Source: Candidatus Berkelbacteria bacterium (lineage in GTDB: Bacteria > Patescibacteriota > UBA1384 > XYA2-FULL-43-10 > 1-14-0-10-43-13). Taken from it: a stretch of DNA of 63,833 nucleotides. The translations under genes and the position numbers were made by a program. Below the pieces are notes generated by a model, which was not told the origin of the DNA, searched no databases, and was given only the letters and a program-made list of their open reading frames with translations. The stretch lies in the NCBI GenBank assembly GCA_037143235.1, contig JBAWZC010000005.1:1-63833 (forward strand), written 5' to 3'. Position 1 is the stretch's first letter, and each line of letters starts with the position of its first letter. Positions 59,798 to 63,833 of this stretch are shown in pieces.

Positions 59798-60256
59798 CTA
59801 TCCAAATTGGATCTCTTCTGTGCTTTTACCATGGTACCGTTCGTAGCAGCCACCACAGGCGTGGAAGCGGTAAACGGTCCCGTAAAAGTTGGTGTACGCC
59901 AGCAAAGTGCTGTGGTTGTTGCAACCATTAATCATACAGATGGGCTCGTCATCTGCGTATCGATCCCAGTCGAATACTTGATGACACATTCGTCCGAACA
60001 TTCGTTTCGCGATGACTTTTGTGCTGATAATCTCAATCGTTTCCAGCTGTTCATCTCGAAAGGTGTCGATGTATTCCAACTTTTTCCCGTTCTGGCCATG
60101 TGCGATCGGGTCGAAAAAGTGACTGGAAAGTTCGCAGCCAAATTCCACGCTGTAACGCGGCCCAAAGTCATCTTTGTCAATACTGATGACTGTTCCTTCC
60201 CCCATGAACAGATCGGAACTTTTGTCGACGACCTTGACTTTGTTCCCAATTTCCAT
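59798..60256 (-). CDS. Hypothetical Cys-rich protein (GC-richer orphan)
   Basis: SD GGGGGAGG lies upstream of MEIGNKVKVV. C-terminal MINGCNNH...HACGGCYERYH. Confidence 0.4.
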   Translation of the reverse strand: MEIGNKVKVVDKSSDLFMGEGTVISIDKDDFGPRYSVEFGCELSSHFFDPIAHGQNGKKLEYIDTFRDEQLETIEIISTKVIAKRMFGRMCHQVFDWDRYADDEPICMINGCNNHSTLLAYTNFYGTVYRFHACGGCYERYHGKSTEEIQFG

Positions 60257-60454
60257 ATTACCTCCCCCCTGAAGCATCCTAACAAACTCAGTCGTAAAAA
60301 CGCTGGGCTGTTGGCCATCTATTTATAGTACAAAGGGGATTGTATGGCAAGTATTTTGTAATTGTATCGTTTGGTTAACATCCCTCAAGATTTTTGGTAT
60401 CTTGTAGATAAGCGGAAGTATAAAAAACGCAATGAATCATTAATATCATTATAT

Positions 60455-61033
60455 ATGAGCAAAATTTTTATCCTGTCAGGCCATTCTGGTGTTGGCAAAA
60501 ACACGATTTTTCGGTTATTGGAGCGAGACCTGAGCGATTTTTTTCGGGTCGTCACTTGCACCACCAGAAAACCACGACCAGGTGAGGTCGACGGGAAGGA
60601 CTATTTTTTTCTGACTGACCAAGAGTTCAAAGATCGTATCGCCGAGAATCGATTTCTGGAATACGCTCATGTTCATGACTGGTTCTATGGTACTCCGCTT
60701 GATGAGATCGAAAAAGCCGAAAAACTAGGCAAAAACATATTATTAACGATCGATGTTCAGGGCGCAACGAAGATAAAGAGGGAAAGGCCCGAGACTATCA
60801 TTATCTTTCTTAAATATGCTGGTGACAATCTCGAACAATTGATTCGTGATCGAATCGGTCGTGAATCAGCTCGTGATTTATCTGAGGATGAGGTCAAACG
60901 CAGGATCGTTTCGGCCAAGAAAGAAGCCGAGTATGTCAAATATTATGATTTTGTTGTCGAGAATCCCGAAGGCCACCCAGAAGCTGCTGTAGAGGAGATA
61001 GAAGGAATAATTGAGAGTAAGCTAGTAAGCTAG
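60455..61033 (+). CDS. gmk: Guanylate kinase
   Basis: SGHSGVGKNT P-loop, TTRKPRPGEVDGKDYFF and EYAHVHDWFYGT. Confidence 0.9.
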   Translation: MSKIFILSGHSGVGKNTIFRLLERDLSDFFRVVTCTTRKPRPGEVDGKDYFFLTDQEFKDRIAENRFLEYAHVHDWFYGTPLDEIEKAEKLGKNILLTIDVQGATKIKRERPETIIIFLKYAGDNLEQLIRDRIGRESARDLSEDEVKRRIVSAKKEAEYVKYYDFVVENPEGHPEAAVEEIEGIIESKLVS

Positions 61034-61047
61034 TAAGCTAGTAAGCT
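61016..61047. repeat. 8-bp tandem repeat (AGCTAGTA x ~3.5) spanning the gmk stop codon
   Basis: GTAAGCTAGTAAGCTAGTAAGCTAGTAAGC. Confidence 0.85.
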
Positions 61048-61059
61048 AGTAAGCATAGA

Positions 61060-61303
61060 GAATTACAAGTTGCCGTTTGTCATTCCGGACTCGATCCGGA
61101 ATCCCGTCACAGCGTAAGCGTGTAGCAGAACGCATCTTAACGCTAATAATATTACTAGATTCCTGCCTGCGCAGGAATGACAAAACAATTCGTCGTTGCG
61201 AGCTATTGGGTTTTCCAAAGCGTGGCAATCCATCATGTATTGTAAATGATAGATTGCCGCGCCTGCCTGCCGGTAGGTAGGTCGCCGACTCCTCGCAATG
61301 ATA
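61060..61303. repeat. Cluster of GTCATT-type elements
   Basis: GTCATTCCGGACTCGATCCGGAATCCCGTCAC, GATTCCTGCCTGCGCAGGAATGAC, 61190..61238 and 61244..61303 (inverted copies of the 43.7-43.9 kb elements). Confidence 0.9.
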
Positions 61304-61383
61304 GGCAGTTTGAGAATATCAAAAAGAAAATAATAAATTTATCAGCTTAAACACTGACTAGCTTAAACACTTACCAGCTGTTT

Positions 61384-61440
61384 GGCTAGCTCCTGCTTGC
61401 CCCGCGTAGCGTCAGCGAAGTGGGGACTCCTTGCTTTCTA
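61384..61440. repeat. Intergenic copy of the trmD-internal repeat
   Basis: GCTAGCTCCTGCTTGCCCCGCGTAGCGTCAGCGAAGTGGGGACTCCTTGCTTTCTA. It abuts the Nudix stop codon. Confidence 0.85.
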
Positions 61441-61848
61441 TAGTACTACTTGTTGGAAATCAATCGTTTTGAGTTTGTCGAAGGGTCTAATATTTTTTGG
61501 CAAGCAAATGATTTCATTAAACTTGGTTTCGTCGACAAAACAATATGGCAGTTCGTGTTTTGGAGATAAAGGGATTGTTTCGTCGATCTTACCTACAAAA
61601 AAGAGCTCGATCTGTCGGACGCCGTCAGTAAAAGTGAGATCTTGTACAAAGGCAATTTCTCCGACAGTGGCTGTATATCCGGTTTCTTCAAAAATTTCCC
61701 GTTTGACGGCATCAATAGTTCGTTCGCCCTCCTCGATTCCGCCGCCGGGATATGACCAGTGATCAGCTCTCTCCTGAACCAAAAGAAGCTTATTTTTGTC
61801 GTTCTTGATAATGCCTTTGACTGATATTCGCAATTTATATTTACTCAT
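61438..61848 (-). CDS. NUDIX hydrolase
   Basis: Nudix box PGGGIEEGERTIDAVKREIFEETGY. Confidence 0.85.
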   Translation of the reverse strand: MSKYKLRISVKGIIKNDKNKLLLVQERADHWSYPGGGIEEGERTIDAVKREIFEETGYTATVGEIAFVQDLTFTDGVRQIELFFVGKIDETIPLSPKHELPYCFVDETKFNEIICLPKNIRPFDKLKTIDFQQVVL

Positions 61849-61936
61849 CGTGACTTTTTAATGGTTTGTCTCTGGTAATCATAGCGTAATATTGATTTTT
61901 TGACTACTGCAGGTAGGATGAGAAGAGCAATTTGAA

Positions 61937-62488
61937 ATGGGCGGGTTTAGATACATGACAAGGCAGACAATCAACAAAATTCAAATCACTCTATCAATCA
62001 TTATATTTCTATATATTGCTCTTTTTGCGATTAATAAGATCTTTGCCGATGACATTTATCAGATCGGCCGTGATCCATACAAGATCGTGCAAAGGATCGA
62101 TGATCGTTACCTTCTGGTTGTGACGGCAGAAAATAAGTATTTTTTGCTGGATCCAAGTTTGTGGGCGCGTAAGACATATGCATTGAGTGATTTTCAGGAC
62201 GAAGTTGCGACTTGTGATTTTGATAGTCGATATATTTGCTTGACAGGAGTCACTGCTGTCCACGCCAAGGAGCTGGTCGTGATCGAAAAAAGAAATTTCA
62301 AACCAGTGGTGATCGGCGATGACATTATCTTGATCTCTGATGTGCCGAAGTTTGATTTATACAATTGCGACAAAATATCTGAGTGCAAAATTGCCAATTA
62401 TTACCGCAATTATGACCAAGACCCTTTGCAAGATATGATCTCGGAGGTGTATTTTTACGACAAAGGAAAATTTATTGTGACAAAATAG
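61937..62488 (+). CDS. Hypothetical membrane-anchored protein
   Basis: 183-aa ORF with one N-terminal TM helix. Confidence 0.4.
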   Translation: MGGFRYMTRQTINKIQITLSIIIFLYIALFAINKIFADDIYQIGRDPYKIVQRIDDRYLLVVTAENKYFLLDPSLWARKTYALSDFQDEVATCDFDSRYICLTGVTAVHAKELVVIEKRNFKPVVIGDDIILISDVPKFDLYNCDKISECKIANYYRNYDQDPLQDMISEVYFYDKGKFIVTK

Positions 62489-62538
62489 ACTGCCTTCGCT
62501 GTCATTCCAGTTGCCCTTATAATTCCGAACCCATGCGT

Positions 62539-62662
62539 GTCATTCCTGCGGAGGCAGGAATCTAGAAACGGTATTAGCCTTAAGATGTGTTTTCCTTGGC
62601 GCTTACGACCCAAAGGGTCCCCTTCGGGGCTGTGACAGGATTCCTGCCTGCGCCGGAATGAC
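62539..62662. repeat. 124-bp MITE-like element with GTCATTCCTGCG...CGCCGGAATGAC termini
   Basis: Its internal segment TTAGCCTTAAGATGTGTTTTCCTTGGCGCTTACG is shared with 3311..3345 and 4783..4811. Confidence 0.9.
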
Positions 62663-62704
62663 AAATTACGATAATCAAATAATTAATATTATTTAAAGAC
62701 AAAC

Positions 62705-63223
62705 ATGAACGACAATTTAAAAAAATTTATCCTGATAGTCTTGGTCGTCGGCTTGGCCGCAGCTGCTCTAATTTTTTGGGCGGGCAGAACCAAGGCACCG
62801 ACGACCGAAAACAAATCACAGAATGCTGAAACAAATAGTTCGCAGTCGAGTGTCAGCGCGCAGAGTGTTAGCGTCAGCCAATCGAGTTTATCATCACAAA
62901 GTGAAAGTGTGGGTTCGACTTCATCAGCTGCTGGTATCGATCCAGTTGCACTCGCTAAATATATGACAGCACAAGGTATGACTCTTTATGGTGCGTATTG
63001 GTGCCCGCACTGCAAAGATCAAAAGGCGCTTTTTGGGGATGCACTTCAGTATGTAAAATATGTTGAATGCGACGATGCTGGACCAAGCGCACAACCAGGT
63101 ATATGCGCCGCTGAAGGGATTACTGGTTATCCAACATGGAGATTTCAAGGTAAATCGTATCCCGGATCAAAAACATTCTCGGAGCTCGCAACGATCGTCG
63201 GCTATACTCAGTTAGGCAACTAA
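62705..63223 (+). CDS. Membrane-anchored thioredoxin-fold protein (the type normally fused to VKOR)
   Basis: N-terminal TM helix, Ser-rich linker, then LYGAYWCPHCKDQKALFG...YVECD...GITGYPTW. Confidence 0.7.
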   Translation: MNDNLKKFILIVLVVGLAAAALIFWAGRTKAPTTENKSQNAETNSSQSSVSAQSVSVSQSSLSSQSESVGSTSSAAGIDPVALAKYMTAQGMTLYGAYWCPHCKDQKALFGDALQYVKYVECDDAGPSAQPGICAAEGITGYPTWRFQGKSYPGSKTFSELATIVGYTQLGN

Positions 63224-63512
63224 CCTGAGCTTCTGTCTATCGTGGCTGGGGAAAACTCATGATGACTTACACGAATTGCATTCGGATAGGCGATGATCAT
63301 ATAGTGATAATACTAGCTCTGGTAAAAGATAATGAGATTTGTAGATCTCGAAATATATTTTTCAGATAGATCAGAAAAATTGATTGTGCTTGACAAGAGG
63401 GCTTTAGCCTCAATACAATAGATAGTGTTGTACTTGTTAAGGCTGATTATTCTTAATTCAAGAGGTTTTGAGAGTAACAGCGACAAAATACTCACGAAGG
63501 GAGGTGATTGAA

Positions 63513-63662
63513 ATGGCAGTAGAAGGATACTGTGTTAAATGCCGAGCCAAGAAAGAAATGCAGGGCGCAGAGCAAATAACCATGAAAAATGGCAAACCAG
63601 CTGTAAAAGGCACTTGCCCTGATTGTGGCACTAAAATGTTCAAAATTGGCAAGGCTGCTTAG
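63513..63662 (+). CDS. DUF5679-like small zinc-ribbon protein
   Basis: SD GGGAGGTG lies upstream. MAVEGYCVKCRAKKEM...GTCPDCGTKMFKIGKA. Confidence 0.65.
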   Translation: MAVEGYCVKCRAKKEMQGAEQITMKNGKPAVKGTCPDCGTKMFKIGKAA

Positions 63663-63697
63663 TTCTTGTTAGTAAGTTTTTTTGTTTTTGATGCAGG

Positions 63698-63724
63698 GCG
63701 TCTCGAATTTCGAGGCGCTTTTGC
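63698..63724 (+). terminator. Rho-independent terminator
   Basis: GCGTCTCGAA-TTT-CGAGGCGC followed by TTTT. Confidence 0.6.
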
Positions 63725-63833
63725 ATTTTGTACCCGTCATTCCTGCGAAGGCAGTTCTCCATAAAGTCGAACCATAACATTAATAACTTCACGTAATTCG
63801 TCCGGACTCTGTCCGGCGATGGATAGGGTATCC

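Overview
This 63.8-kb window comes from a compact, moderately AT-rich bacterial genome. Short genes, fused genes, missing accessory domains and DUF5665/DUF5679-type ORFs suggest a small-genome uncultivated lineage, possibly CPR/Patescibacteria-like; that placement is inference only.

Housekeeping content:
- Thymidylate-cycle operon: dut, dCMP deaminase, thyA, an Rcl-like gene, a Nudix gene, folA and glyA.
- thrS behind a probable T-box-like leader.
- uvrB and uvrA.
- rpsP, a KH-domain gene and trmD.
- priA next to a fused def-fmt gene.
- der, lepB, lgt, a dksA-like gene and lspA.
- infC, rpmI and rplT; also rplY and gmk.

Four RNA genes are absent from the ORF track: tmRNA (1830..2214, minus), tRNA-Val(GAC), tRNA-Gln(UUG) and RNase P RNA (40330..40813, minus, with a very long P12).

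Most interesting observations:
1. A divergently transcribed nucleotide-chemistry cluster at about 51.0-58.5 kb. It holds a PaaK-like ligase, an MFS transporter and a ThiF/E1-like gene on one strand. On the other strand are a second, divergent ThyA-like gene, a QueC-like PP-loop gene, a Ham1 NTP pyrophosphatase and a P-loop kinase, with a GNAT gene alongside. It looks like a pathway for a non-canonical nucleotide or nucleobase and matches no pathway I can name.
2. A large serine recombinase whose 3' end runs into the tmRNA 3' end. It is bracketed by 136-bp inverted repeats that each carry a perfect 9-3-9 palindrome.
3. A very dense superfamily of GTCATT...AATGAC palindromic mini-elements. Copies sit in-frame inside a MiaB-family gene, and an unrelated repeat family sits in-frame inside trmD.
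4. A GxxExxY nuclease cassette flanked by inverted arrays of CACAGATTACAGAT motifs, with a cargo-less version of the same structure elsewhere.
5. An XRE-HTH::Hsp20 fusion with a promoter-overlapping palindromic operator and an internal SD+ATG.
6. An in-frame TAG in the QueC-like gene, followed by 30 codons that still look like QueC.

All calls come from manual reading of the sequence and the supplied translations. No database search was run.
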